In this document: positions 38,305-48,274 of the stretch, piece after piece | Layout of the letters: each line of letters begins with the position of its first letter | How positions within the stretch are numbered: the first letter of the stretch is position 1 | Virus record (IMG/VR): IMGVR_UViG_3300031972_000800 | Span: 1-53,947 of that record | Length of the DNA stretch: 53,947 nt | Source: a virus | Lineage: Duplodnaviria > Caudoviricetes | Reading direction: 5' to 3' (one strand) | The notes under the pieces: model-generated | Seen by the model: the letters and a program-made list of their open reading frames with translations, nothing else | What the model was told of the DNA's origin: nothing | The model's database searches: none | Translations under genes and position numbers: made by a program

Positions 38305-40790
38305 TACTGAGTCCTCCGTATCATCGCCTCTCGTTGGACGTTAATACGATCACGGTTAACCTCGTTACGATCATCCGCAATCTGCTCTTGTAACTCTAAC
38401 CGAGCAGAATCAGCAGTGGCCTGTTGAGCCATCTTCGCCTGCTCTAGCTGCAACTTCATCTGATCCAACTGCGCGTCACTCGCTACTTGTTGCTGTTTAA
38501 TCGCCAACTCTTGCTGACGGATCTGAACAAGAGGATCAGGCATCGGAGGCATCGGAGGCTGAATCATCATCATAACTTGCTGCATCAACTGAGTTTCCAT
38601 TTGAGCTATTTGAGCCTCTATCTGCTCAGGAGGAGGAGCCATTTGCTGAATCTGCATTATTTGCTGCTGCGCCATCTGAGGAGAAATAGCTCCCGTTTGA
38701 ACCGCCAACTCTAGTTGCTGCATCTGCTCCTGCATCTGCTGCTCAACCTGCGACTGCACCATTTGTCTGGCCTGCATACCCACATGCTCAAATATATGCC
38801 CCACAAGTGTAGCCGATACCTGCGGGTTGCCTTGAGCAATAGGCATCTGCAAAAACGTAACGTGAACCTGAATATGAGCCTCATGATTCTGATCAGGGAA
38901 AGATTGCGGCAACTGACCGCCAAGCAACTGAGCATTCTCCAACACAGGATCCGTAGGTTGAGGCTCCGGTGGCGGAGGTAAAATCTCATCAATGTTCTGG
39001 ATTTCCAGAGCCTGATACATTCTACGATACGCCTGATAAATGTTGTGAATCTCAGGATTAGCCTGCGCTAACTGCAATTGAGACTGCGCTAACGATACAC
39101 GTTGCGCCATCGAGAAAATGTTTGGATCCGATACAGGTATAACATCTACCCTGTCGTCAAAGTCCTCCGCTTTAATCTGACGAGACGCACCCGAAACATC
39201 ATACGGATACTCCGGAGGCAAGTTCTCCGAAAAAATACGCGCCAACAAACGAAACTCCGTTTTCTGCGCATAATGCAGCCGCTTGTGAATCGCGGACATA
39301 ACCTTCGTTCCACGCTCCATAAGAGCCATGGTAGTGCCAACAGGCATCTCCTGACTGCCCTGCTCAGACAACTGATCCGCAGTCGAAATAAACCTGCGAC
39401 CCTGATCCTGTATCGCTCCCAGCAACTGACCCAGCGTTGCAGAAGGCTCTTTGTACGGCAGCGGTATAATCGCTTCCCGTATGCTGCCTCCTGGCGCATC
39501 AATGTCCCGCCATTCCCCAGGCTGCAACGGCTCGTCGTCATTACGAACCCGCACCCCTCGCGCCTTGAATCCTGCTGGGAGATTGGCAAGTGTACCAGCA
39601 TCGATCAACTGTCGAAGGATACTCGTTGCCGCACGACCAAGGCCCCCGATCATGTGAATCAAACCAAAGCCGTAAAAGCCCAGACCCGGCATAAACTTGT
39701 AATGCACAAAATACTGACGCTTGCGACTCGTCGGATCGTCTTCAGCATAATTGCGGCGTATCGAAAGAACCTCTCCCGAGTCGTGATCTATAGTCACAAC
39801 ATACGGAAGCTTCAAACCCGTAGGCTCTCCAGTCTCCGAAACGTCCTCAAAACCCTCTAAATCCAAATCAACGTGCATCTCCAAAACAGTATGCACATCA
39901 TCGCTGTAATTCTTGGATATACCCTCTAACTCATTCACCTTCTGGCGAACCGGATCTTCCTCAAGATCCTCAGAACCTTTTAACTCAACATCACGGTAAA
40001 AACCCATAAGCTGCAACTTACGAATCTCGTTCTCATCCATACGCAACACATGCGTAACACGAGTAGCCGTCGCCAAATCAGACGCAGAATACGGAACAAC
40101 CAAATCTTGCGCAGGTACAAACTTAGATACCGCCCGCTGCTTAGTCTCGTCGTAATAAACCTTCTTAAACGTCGAACCGCTCAAGGGTAAATAAAACAAC
40201 ATCTGATCAGTGTCCGGATCAAACTCCTCCATCACCTCAGTGATCTGGTAGTTCATAAAGTCCTTAACACGAGCCGCCTGCTCATCAGTGCCCAAATCCC
40301 GTAAACCAACAACCTTGGTCTTTACAGGGCCACCAGAGGGCAACATCTCCTTATACGCTTGAGCCTGAAACTGCGTAACACTCTCCGCAATCATCGGATT
40401 GGTTATCCCACTAGCCCCCTCAAACGGTACAGTGCGCTCCTCGTATTTAAGACCCAATAAGTCCAAACCCTTGGTATACGCCTCTTCCCACTCAGATCGA
40501 GAATCTAAATCCTCGTCGTATAATCCCCGCAAATCCGTGGATAATTCACCAAGTTCGGAATCCGACAACGCCTCCGCTAAATTCATCGTGTGGTCATACA
40601 TCGGCTCTGGGCCCAACATTTCCGGAGCCAAACCAAGAGCCTGCACAACAGCGCCACCCACACCATCGTCCATAATCTCTGCCCCGTTAGGAAACTCCAT
40701 AGGAACATCAATCGGAATCTCTAAATCAGGAAGTCCCGCCGTATCATCGAGGTCCAACCCCGGTGCAACCATGCTTGGTGGTAATGCCAT
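38304..40790 (-). CDS. portal protein
   Basis: Directly after terL; 828 aa with P22-like portal features and a Gln-rich C-terminal coiled-coil barrel. Confidence 0.88.
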   Translation of the reverse strand: MALPPSMVAPGLDLDDTAGLPDLEIPIDVPMEFPNGAEIMDDGVGGAVVQALGLAPEMLGPEPMYDHTMNLAEALSDSELGELSTDLRGLYDEDLDSRSEWEEAYTKGLDLLGLKYEERTVPFEGASGITNPMIAESVTQFQAQAYKEMLPSGGPVKTKVVGLRDLGTDEQAARVKDFMNYQITEVMEEFDPDTDQMLFYLPLSGSTFKKVYYDETKQRAVSKFVPAQDLVVPYSASDLATATRVTHVLRMDENEIRKLQLMGFYRDVELKGSEDLEEDPVRQKVNELEGISKNYSDDVHTVLEMHVDLDLEGFEDVSETGEPTGLKLPYVVTIDHDSGEVLSIRRNYAEDDPTSRKRQYFVHYKFMPGLGFYGFGLIHMIGGLGRAATSILRQLIDAGTLANLPAGFKARGVRVRNDDEPLQPGEWRDIDAPGGSIREAIIPLPYKEPSATLGQLLGAIQDQGRRFISTADQLSEQGSQEMPVGTTMALMERGTKVMSAIHKRLHYAQKTEFRLLARIFSENLPPEYPYDVSGASRQIKAEDFDDRVDVIPVSDPNIFSMAQRVSLAQSQLQLAQANPEIHNIYQAYRRMYQALEIQNIDEILPPPPEPQPTDPVLENAQLLGGQLPQSFPDQNHEAHIQVHVTFLQMPIAQGNPQVSATLVGHIFEHVGMQARQMVQSQVEQQMQEQMQQLELAVQTGAISPQMAQQQIMQIQQMAPPPEQIEAQIAQMETQLMQQVMMMIQPPMPPMPDPLVQIRQQELAIKQQQVASDAQLDQMKLQLEQAKMAQQATADSARLELQEQIADDRNEVNRDRINVQREAMIRRTQ

Positions 40791-42256
40791 CAGTAATACT
40801 CCCTTTTACGGGGCCTCCATTCAAGTTCGTCTTCTTCTTCGCCCTTCAAAGAAACAAAGCCTCCTTGTCGGAATCGCATCAGTGCTAACGTCATACTATC
40901 ACAAAAGTCATCATGATCACCATTAGGAAATGAAACTACTTCCTCAATCACCTCATCCGTAAACTTTTTGTCCTCAGGTGCCCATACCATACCAGCTTCA
41001 AATAATGGCGCAACCATGTGCATCCTAGTTACCTTATCACTCCCTTTACCCGGCGAAAAGCCCAAGGCCGGAATACCGCGAAGCCGCAACTCGTCAATAA
41101 GTGGCATTCCCGTCGCTTTCGCTTCGACCAACACCATGTCTGGCTCCCAGTATTCGTGTTCTTCATACGCAATCTCCTTGAGCTCTGGAAAATTCCAACG
41201 CCCACGACGAGCGTCCAATAATACAATGTTGTCCGAACCACCCTCTTCCGGAGTAAATATCCCCCAGGTCGTAATCGCACTGTAATCCGCAGTCTGCTTC
41301 TTCGAAAACGCCGTGTCATACGACTGAATTATATACTGAACCGGAGGAATCTCCTCCTTCTCCCACATCTGCCACCATTCCCGCTTAATAATCGCGGACT
41401 CAGATGTGGTAGGCTGCTGCTGCCACTGCGCATTCCACTTGCCAACAGGCAAAGACGCCTTAATCGATAATAACGCGTCCTTTTCCCAAAATTCAGGCCA
41501 TAAAGGATTATCACTAGGCATAATCGCAGGAAATTCCACAACTTCCCACTGATCCGACATCACATCACTGCCCTGCGCAGCAAGCAATCGACCAGTCAAA
41601 TCCTTCTTACCCCACCGGGTCATAACCAAAATAATCGCACCACCCGGCTGTAACCGCTGCCGAGGACCAGATGTGTACCACTCATACGCGTTGTCAAACG
41701 CACTATCGCTTAACGCATCCTGTTCCGAATGAGGGTCGTCAATAATAAGTAAATCCGCACCACGGCCCGTAATGGCCGCGCCAACACCCGCTGCAAAATA
41801 CTCCGCACCCTTGTCAGTGCCCCACTTACCAGCCCCCTTGTTGTCCTCTTTGAGATTAGTCTCCGGAAAAATCGATTTATACTCTGGATCATCAATTAAA
41901 TCCCTTACCTTCCTACCAAAACGTACCGCCAACTCAGTATTGTGCGTAGCCTGAATGATTTTTAATTTCGGATTTCTACCTAGAAACCAAGCAGGCATCA
42001 AGTAACTTGCAAACTCAGACTTCGAATGTCGAGGGGGCATGTTAATTATAAGCCGCTTGAGCTCCCCTCGTGCAACACGTTCAAGCTTTTCCGCAATAAT
42101 CCGGTGATGACGACCCTCGATAAAGTTGTCATACACATGATGAACAAACGGCATGAACTTTTCTTGCGCCTGCTCGCGCAAATCAAGCGTCTTCTTAGCC
42201 TCGGTTAAGGCTAAAATCTCCTTTAAAGCCTCTTCCGGTAAGGCCTGTAAACTCAT
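40790..42256 (-). CDS. terL: terminase large subunit
   Basis: MPPRHSKS Walker A, LLIIDDP Walker B, YDTA nuclease motif, HDDFCDS. Confidence 0.95.
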   Translation of the reverse strand: MSLQALPEEALKEILALTEAKKTLDLREQAQEKFMPFVHHVYDNFIEGRHHRIIAEKLERVARGELKRLIINMPPRHSKSEFASYLMPAWFLGRNPKLKIIQATHNTELAVRFGRKVRDLIDDPEYKSIFPETNLKEDNKGAGKWGTDKGAEYFAAGVGAAITGRGADLLIIDDPHSEQDALSDSAFDNAYEWYTSGPRQRLQPGGAIILVMTRWGKKDLTGRLLAAQGSDVMSDQWEVVEFPAIMPSDNPLWPEFWEKDALLSIKASLPVGKWNAQWQQQPTTSESAIIKREWWQMWEKEEIPPVQYIIQSYDTAFSKKQTADYSAITTWGIFTPEEGGSDNIVLLDARRGRWNFPELKEIAYEEHEYWEPDMVLVEAKATGMPLIDELRLRGIPALGFSPGKGSDKVTRMHMVAPLFEAGMVWAPEDKKFTDEVIEEVVSFPNGDHDDFCDSMTLALMRFRQGGFVSLKGEEEDELEWRPRKREYY

Positions 42257-43632
42257 TTATACCGAAAGAAATCTGAATAAGCAGGTAAACTGCCCACGCC
42301 AACCTGTCCGCCCGCCGCAAACTGTCCAGATCTGCGCATAAAACTAATGTCCTCAGAACCCGGTTGCAAAAATCCTCCGCCACCCACCGGAGGAGTGTAA
42401 TCTATATACTCAGAAAGCGGGGGTGGAGGTGGTGGAGGGGGAGGTGGTGCAGGGATCTTAGGTTTTTCAGGCGTAGCAACCGGATCAATTACACAAACCT
42501 GCGACTCTGGATCCATAATATATCCATTCGGACACGGGTCCGCTGGTGGAGCAACAAACCTTGAATCGTCATCGTCATCGCGGGATCCACTAGCAGCGGC
42601 TTTTCGATTCCTCTCCATCGTATCTTTGGTCCGCTGAACATAAGAAGCTGCGTCCTTACGGCTATAGCCCGCGTCCACAAGCTTCTGCTCCATTTCATCA
42701 AAACCTACACCAAAAGTTTGATAACCCATGCCTATATCAGCACCGATATTCGACGCCAGACCAAGTCCCGCACCTATTATTCCCATGCCGCCCAACATGC
42801 CCGACTTACCAGCACCGCCGCCATCCATCATGTCCCGTAACCGCTCGGCATAACTAATATTACCGTCATTGTTGTAATCGAAACCATACTCATAGGCGGG
42901 TTTAGTAGGCCTCTTAGGGGGTCTAATACCGCCAGGAGTAGTATCAGTGTCAGTGCCAGTGTCAGTGCCACCAGTGCCACCAGTGTCAGTGCCGCCAGTG
43001 TCAGTAACAGGGGGAATATCAGGCCTCTTAGGGGGTCTAATACCGCCAGGAGTAGTATCAGTATCAGTAACAGGGGGAATATCAGGCTTCGTAGGGGGTC
43101 TAGTACCGCCACCGCCAGTGCCAGGGGGAGGAGTGGGCGGGCCATAACCGCCGCTATCAGGCGGCGCTGAAGGATCAAAACCCGGACCGTCATCGTTTCC
43201 ACCGCTAGAAGGAGGAGTGGCCGGACCGTCGTCGTTTCCACCGCTAGAAGGAGGAGTGGCCGGGCCATAACCGCCACTATCAGGCGGCGCTGAAGGATCA
43301 AAACCCGGACCGTCATCGTCGTCGTCGTCGTCGTCGTCGTTAGAACCGCTGCCGCTGCCGATACCAGTCCCCTCACCGCTGCCATAACCGCTGTCGCCGG
43401 GAGGAAATGCAGGAATACCCATCGGGCCCTCAATGCCCATACCACCCTGCTCCATCAACAACGTCGCCTCATCAGGAGTTATATACGAAAGCATGTGAGG
43501 CTGACCCATAATGTCAGTCAGATGTGGAGGCTGCTCAATCGCAGAAGGCCGAACATCCGGAATAAACGGAGGAGAACCACGATCAATATTAAACTGTCGT
43601 ACCTTGCCGTCCTTGCCTACAATTACCGCCAT
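42253..43632 (-). CDS. Pro/Gly/Asp-rich low-complexity virion-associated protein
   Basis: HMLSYITPDEA motif, internal duplications, C-terminal FAAGG...GSL. Confidence 0.7.
   Translation of the reverse strand: MAVIVGKDGKVRQFNIDRGSPPFIPDVRPSAIEQPPHLTDIMGQPHMLSYITPDEATLLMEQGGMGIEGPMGIPAFPPGDSGYGSGEGTGIGSGSGSNDDDDDDDDDGPGFDPSAPPDSGGYGPATPPSSGGNDDGPATPPSSGGNDDGPGFDPSAPPDSGGYGPPTPPPGTGGGGTRPPTKPDIPPVTDTDTTPGGIRPPKRPDIPPVTDTGGTDTGGTGGTDTGTDTDTTPGGIRPPKRPTKPAYEYGFDYNNDGNISYAERLRDMMDGGGAGKSGMLGGMGIIGAGLGLASNIGADIGMGYQTFGVGFDEMEQKLVDAGYSRKDAASYVQRTKDTMERNRKAAASGSRDDDDDSRFVAPPADPCPNGYIMDPESQVCVIDPVATPEKPKIPAPPPPPPPPPPLSEYIDYTPPVGGGGFLQPGSEDISFMRRSGQFAAGGQVGVGSLPAYSDFFRYK
42905..43340. repeat. nested coding duplications and (GAC)n microsatellite
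   Basis: GPGFDPSAPPDSGGYGP x2, PATPPSSGGNDDG x2, DTTPGGIRPPKRP x2 and PDIPPVTDT x2 are near-identical at DNA level; poly-Asp run. Confidence 0.9.
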
Positions 43633-44060
43633 TAATAAAATCCCATCATCTGTGGCATCGATCCGCCATACCCACCATACGGCATAATACCCATTCCATA
43701 ACCGGGCATCATACCACCAAGCTGCTGCGGAGGCTGCATCTGATCCTGAACCGCGTCCTCTAAACTTCCAACCCGTGACTCAATAGGCGCAGACGAATCA
43801 AACATCCCACCACTCGAAACCATAGGACTATCAAACAATCCACCAAACTGACTAGGATCACTCTTGTAATCCTGAACAAAACGCTGACGATCTTCCTTGT
43901 CCATGCCCAAACTCTTGGCAAACTCCTTCGGATCAAACGGATTCCTCGAAGGCTGCTGATAACCACCATACCCAAAAAATCCACCAAGACCACCACCATA
44001 CGAATTAGACCCACCGTAATAGCTACCACCACCGCCTTGATACACCGCAGGACTTCTCAT
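43632..44060 (-). CDS. Gly/Tyr/Met-rich low-complexity protein
   Basis: TAATG-coupled; GAGGGG RBS-like sequence. Confidence 0.65.
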   Translation of the reverse strand: MRSPAVYQGGGGSYYGGSNSYGGGLGGFFGYGGYQQPSRNPFDPKEFAKSLGMDKEDRQRFVQDYKSDPSQFGGLFDSPMVSSGGMFDSSAPIESRVGSLEDAVQDQMQPPQQLGGMMPGYGMGIMPYGGYGGSMPQMMGFY

Positions 44061-44095
44061 AACTATCTTCCCCTCACAACAAAGATAAACGCATT

Positions 44096-44665
44096 CTAAC
44101 TAAAATCATACAATGAAGCAACGCCCAGATTCTCAACCGCTCGGCCCAAGGTCCGAGGCCTGATAAACGGACGAGCAGGAATCAATTCAGGATCCGAAAC
44201 AACCGGAATCTCAAAATCAACCGGACGAGCACGAGGACGAACCTCCGCAACCTCAAACTCCCCGTCAGACCGAGGACCACGAGTCGGTCCCAATATGTAA
44301 TCAACATACGAAACCGTCTCACGAGGCAAACCACCACCCTGATCCACACGACCAGGACCAGCGTTGTACGCAGCTAAAGCCTTCTCGTAATTCCCATCAT
44401 ACTTACCCAACATCGCAGATAAATAATCAGCGCCAAATCGTAAACTCTCAACAGGATCCAAACGATCCCTAATAGGACGAACCTCGTACCCAGGATCACG
44501 GGCCGTGTCTGGCATAATCTGAGCTATCCCCAATGCACCCTTCTCACTACGAGCCGTCGAATCAAAACCACTCTCCCGAGAAATCAAACGAACATATATA
44601 TCAGGATCAATACCACGAGACTCCGCCATCGATCTCGCCAACTTCTCCAAATACTCCCGCTCCAT
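44096..44665 (-). CDS. lytic transglycosylase (SLT domain), probably virion-associated
   Basis: ES catalytic motif, GALGIAQIMPDTA, ALAAYNAGPG, ETVSYV. Confidence 0.92.
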   Translation of the reverse strand: MEREYLEKLARSMAESRGIDPDIYVRLISRESGFDSTARSEKGALGIAQIMPDTARDPGYEVRPIRDRLDPVESLRFGADYLSAMLGKYDGNYEKALAAYNAGPGRVDQGGGLPRETVSYVDYILGPTRGPRSDGEFEVAEVRPRARPVDFEIPVVSDPELIPARPFIRPRTLGRAVENLGVASLYDFS

Positions 44666-45671
44666 CACAAATACTCCCGCTTTAAAGACACAAGTCCCCC
44701 AGTTGAAAACTTCTTAGTAGGAAACATCTTCCTATCAAAATCCATAGGATTTATAAAATCCCTGTTAATCGCAGAGCCAAGTTTTTTCCCCTCCGCAGAC
44801 AAGCGCGTAACTTCCGCTTTCGCATCCTCCGGATCCATATCCCGAAACGAAGAATAACCCGTGCCAAACAAATCCTTATATGCCCGCAATAACTGCTCCG
44901 AATCATCCTGTTCAGGACGAACCTTCCCAGTAACCGGACGAGGACTAGGCAACCTCTTCAATATAGGATCTAATTCCTTCATTAAAGAAACTATCCCCCT
45001 AACATCCGATACCCGCTCTAAATCAGGCAGCATCTTCCCATAACGACCCGTCTCCCCATATGTGAACTCCGTAGGCTCAGGACGCTGCTGAGACTTCATC
45101 GCCTCAGTACGAAGATACTCACTAACTCGATCCACAGTCGGTAACGCAGCTAACTCCTCCTCCGTTATATCCCCGCGCAACGCCGCCAATACCCCCTCGC
45201 GTAACTCAGGACTCTGTAAATCCGAACTCTTCGTCTTCTCAGTAATTACCCCAAAAATTCCCGCTTTAGAAAAAGGGTCCGTGGGTCGCGCATACTCATC
45301 CAAAAAAGGAGGATCAAACAACTCAACAAACTTTTCTTCCTGAGCAGCAGAAATCTGGCCTCTGTTCTGAAAAGGACCACCCGCCTCATCCAAAAGAGCA
45401 CCAACCTTGTCATACGCATCACGACCAAAACGATAAATAAATTCCGCAGGATTGTCGTTGTATAACTGACGTAACTCCATAATTCCTAAATGACGATACT
45501 CATGAGCCTCAACCCCAGGACCATATGGACTTGAACGAAGATCCTCGGGCATCGCTATTATGCCCGTCCTCTGAATTACCTGCGGCTCCATGCGTCCATA
45601 CCTAACCGCGTCACCAGCCCTGCGACCGTACTCCGTTATTGGATCCATCACAAATACTCCCGCTTTAAAGA
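44661..45671. repeat. 28-nt direct repeat at two consecutive gene junctions
   Basis: TCCATCACAAATACTCCCGCTTTAAAGA at 44661-44688 and 45644-45671; partial third copy CAAATACTCCCGCT at 44648. Confidence 0.95.
44665..45648 (-). CDS. hypothetical protein with HExxH (zincin-like) motif
   Basis: VEAHEYRHLG; C-terminal FSTGGLVSLKREYL. Confidence 0.7.
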   Translation of the reverse strand: MDPITEYGRRAGDAVRYGRMEPQVIQRTGIIAMPEDLRSSPYGPGVEAHEYRHLGIMELRQLYNDNPAEFIYRFGRDAYDKVGALLDEAGGPFQNRGQISAAQEEKFVELFDPPFLDEYARPTDPFSKAGIFGVITEKTKSSDLQSPELREGVLAALRGDITEEELAALPTVDRVSEYLRTEAMKSQQRPEPTEFTYGETGRYGKMLPDLERVSDVRGIVSLMKELDPILKRLPSPRPVTGKVRPEQDDSEQLLRAYKDLFGTGYSSFRDMDPEDAKAEVTRLSAEGKKLGSAINRDFINPMDFDRKMFPTKKFSTGGLVSLKREYL

Positions 45672-47990
45672 TCCAAGGCCCGTGAACCGAGGATCACGAA
45701 CCATACCCCCATTACGAAACGCAGAAATCCCCGTCTCCCGTAAGGCACGAAGAAAGTTTTCAGTAATCTCGAACCCCGGAACCTCGTGGTAAAAATAGTC
45801 GTCATCGTACCTGTCCCGACCAGCAATGGTTACATTGCCCAACTTCGGCATCTCTAAACCACTGTCCTTCTCTAACTTCGCTAAAATATTCTTAACACGA
45901 CTCGGAACAATCTTATCATAATATTCCCGCTGACCAGACAAATCACCCATCGTCATATCATAAGCCATGTCCCCAGTGCCCAACGTGAAAAACTCCAAAC
46001 CCTCGTTACTCGGTAAAGCAATCTGATCAAAAGCACTCTTAATCGCCATGTCCGTAACACGATTCGTCTTAAATAACTTCCCTAAACCAACATCCTCCGG
46101 AACCTGATACCCCGACTTATACTGAAGATCCGATAAAATACTCGCAGCACGACGCTTCTTGAAACTAGGATTCAAACCATCAAACACTTTTGATAGTTCT
46201 TTCCGCGATGCAGCATCAATATCTGGAAAAACACTTAGTACACCGTCTTGCTCAAAATACTTCTTCTTAACATCCGGTGATAACTGATCAAAAAACTCCA
46301 GCAATACATCACCACGAGCATCACCAACCGACTCCACACTGTTTAACGTCTCCAACATACCCGTCGGTAATGAATCCAAAACATTCCGAGCCTGTACCGC
46401 AGATCGAGAACGCTGCGTAATGTCCGACTGAATCTCCCCCAAATGAAACGATGAAGTACCCTCCAACCCACCATCCTTAGCCACAGGAAACACAGCAGAA
46501 CGATAATGTACAACAGGAACCCCGCTCACCGAACCAAAATGCTCGTCAGCACCCGGCAAACCCCGCGCACCATCATCAAAATTCTGGTTTAACGTTAATA
46601 CCGTCTCCTGATAATCACTCCCGCCCGGAGTGAAATACTGAGGATAAGCAACCCGATCCCCCTTTAAAACATTCACAGCAACCGGATCTTCAACTAACTG
46701 ATCAAAAACCTCATCCAAACTAACCCCGTCAGGAAAACGATTGCGAAGATCCTTCGTCGCTAAACCACGAGCTTCCAACTCCGCGGGCTTTACACCACGG
46801 TTCTCCAACGTCTTCACAAACTGATCAACAGAACCAAACTTCTGTTTCGGAAAATTAGGCAAAACAGGGTCTAAACTATCCCGCAATACCGAATCCTCAA
46901 ACAAACCAAACCGAAAACCCGTCCGATCAAAAGGATTTGTGTCACTAACATTTGCAAAAGGATCCAACGCACCACCCGGAGCAGTAGGCGGCGTATTGTT
47001 CTCCCGAGTAACACTCACCACAAAACCATAGTCCGGATTAAAATAATCATTAATAATCTCAGCTGAAACACCAGCATCTTCCGCTATCCGACGAGCCACC
47101 CTAACCCGGTCCTCAATGTCAATCGTCATTTCACCAAAACGAGCGTCAGCCATACTCATGTCCGGAGAAAACGCCGAAAGTAAATCGTCCTCAAACTCAC
47201 TAGCACCCATAATGTTGGGCAAACCATCCGTCCGCAACTGACGCAATAACGGCTGTAATATATCCATGTCCACAAATCGAGTGCCCGTATCAACATCAGT
47301 CGCCGTCACCGGATCAATTCGAGTAGTAACGGCTAGCTCAACCTGATTCTCGTCCGGTAAAAACTCTTCAGGACGTAAAACAACCTCCATAGTGGCCTCG
47401 TCAGGTCCAATAAACGGATCCATGCCAAACGAATCATCAATAGGAGGTTCAAGATAATCTATCAACGCCATCTCTTCAGTTTGATCGGAACGATCAAATT
47501 CACGATTTAAATAATCGTAATAATCGTTTTCAATCTCATCAGGCATTTGATAGTCAGCTTCAGGAAATTCAAAAGGTGCAAGGGCCTCATCAACATCAAC
47601 AGAAACATCAATCCGAGGCTCCTGCAAAGCCTGCTCCTGCAAAGCCAATAACTCATCTTCCGAATTAGCACGAGCCAACGCCTCCAACTGAGCCTCCGCA
47701 TCAGGGCCCGGACTCAAACCAAACATCTCCATTAAAGCTGCCTTGGCTGGCTGCTTTAAAACTCGACCAGCACCCAAAGTTAAAGCAGGGATTAACGTCT
47801 CTAATCCAGCCTCGATCCGATCTTCTGGCTTCTCGCCCGCCGTGCCAATGCGCCCAGCCGCCTCCATACCACGACGAAGACCCGTCGTCGGAACCAAATT
47901 AGAAACGTCATCCGCTCCAACCGACTGAAACAACGGACGAAGGCCCGGGGGAATATATTGCGTGATCGGTAAAGAAAATCTATCGGCCAT
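45648..47990 (-). CDS. large acidic virion/ejected protein with a polyvalent-protein-type domain
   Basis: GVKPAEL, TPGGSDYQETVL, HF, HYR and GEIQSD motifs resemble a domain recurrent in large phage ejected proteins. First gene of the late operon. Confidence 0.65.
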   Translation of the reverse strand: MADRFSLPITQYIPPGLRPLFQSVGADDVSNLVPTTGLRRGMEAAGRIGTAGEKPEDRIEAGLETLIPALTLGAGRVLKQPAKAALMEMFGLSPGPDAEAQLEALARANSEDELLALQEQALQEPRIDVSVDVDEALAPFEFPEADYQMPDEIENDYYDYLNREFDRSDQTEEMALIDYLEPPIDDSFGMDPFIGPDEATMEVVLRPEEFLPDENQVELAVTTRIDPVTATDVDTGTRFVDMDILQPLLRQLRTDGLPNIMGASEFEDDLLSAFSPDMSMADARFGEMTIDIEDRVRVARRIAEDAGVSAEIINDYFNPDYGFVVSVTRENNTPPTAPGGALDPFANVSDTNPFDRTGFRFGLFEDSVLRDSLDPVLPNFPKQKFGSVDQFVKTLENRGVKPAELEARGLATKDLRNRFPDGVSLDEVFDQLVEDPVAVNVLKGDRVAYPQYFTPGGSDYQETVLTLNQNFDDGARGLPGADEHFGSVSGVPVVHYRSAVFPVAKDGGLEGTSSFHLGEIQSDITQRSRSAVQARNVLDSLPTGMLETLNSVESVGDARGDVLLEFFDQLSPDVKKKYFEQDGVLSVFPDIDAASRKELSKVFDGLNPSFKKRRAASILSDLQYKSGYQVPEDVGLGKLFKTNRVTDMAIKSAFDQIALPSNEGLEFFTLGTGDMAYDMTMGDLSGQREYYDKIVPSRVKNILAKLEKDSGLEMPKLGNVTIAGRDRYDDDYFYHEVPGFEITENFLRALRETGISAFRNGGMVRDPRFTGLGSLKREYL

Positions 47991-48228
47991 CGGTTCTCTC
48001 AATAAAACTCAAATGAAATTATACCCGAAATAATTTAAAAGGGATAGGGGCCTCAAAGGCGGGATTCCCTATAGGGGGAAAACCCGAATGGAATTATTCT
48101 CGAATGAATTTACAAGACCAACATTATACAGACACCAGACGCACCGCACCGCCCAAAACGGGGGGATGGGGGTCGCAAGAGTCCCGATCCGTGCACCCAG
48201 ATTTGCCAAAGTAACCCCTAACAACGTA

Positions 48229-48274
48229 GAGTCGCCTGTTAACCTCGCAAGCTCGGGGCGACGAGAAGAAAAGA
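48229..48274. repeat. hairpin repeat, copy 1
   Basis: GAGTCGCCTGTTAACCTCGCAAGCTCGGGGCGACGAGAAGAAAAGA; second copy at 50950. Confidence 0.92.

Noticed and set aside
11833-48002. Numerous + strand ORFs over the late operon and - strand ORFs over the replication genes
   Set aside because: Antisense shadows of well-supported genes, lacking RBS or motifs.
48160-48172. G-quadruplex
   Set aside because: Only two adjacent long G-runs; not enough for a confident intramolecular G4.
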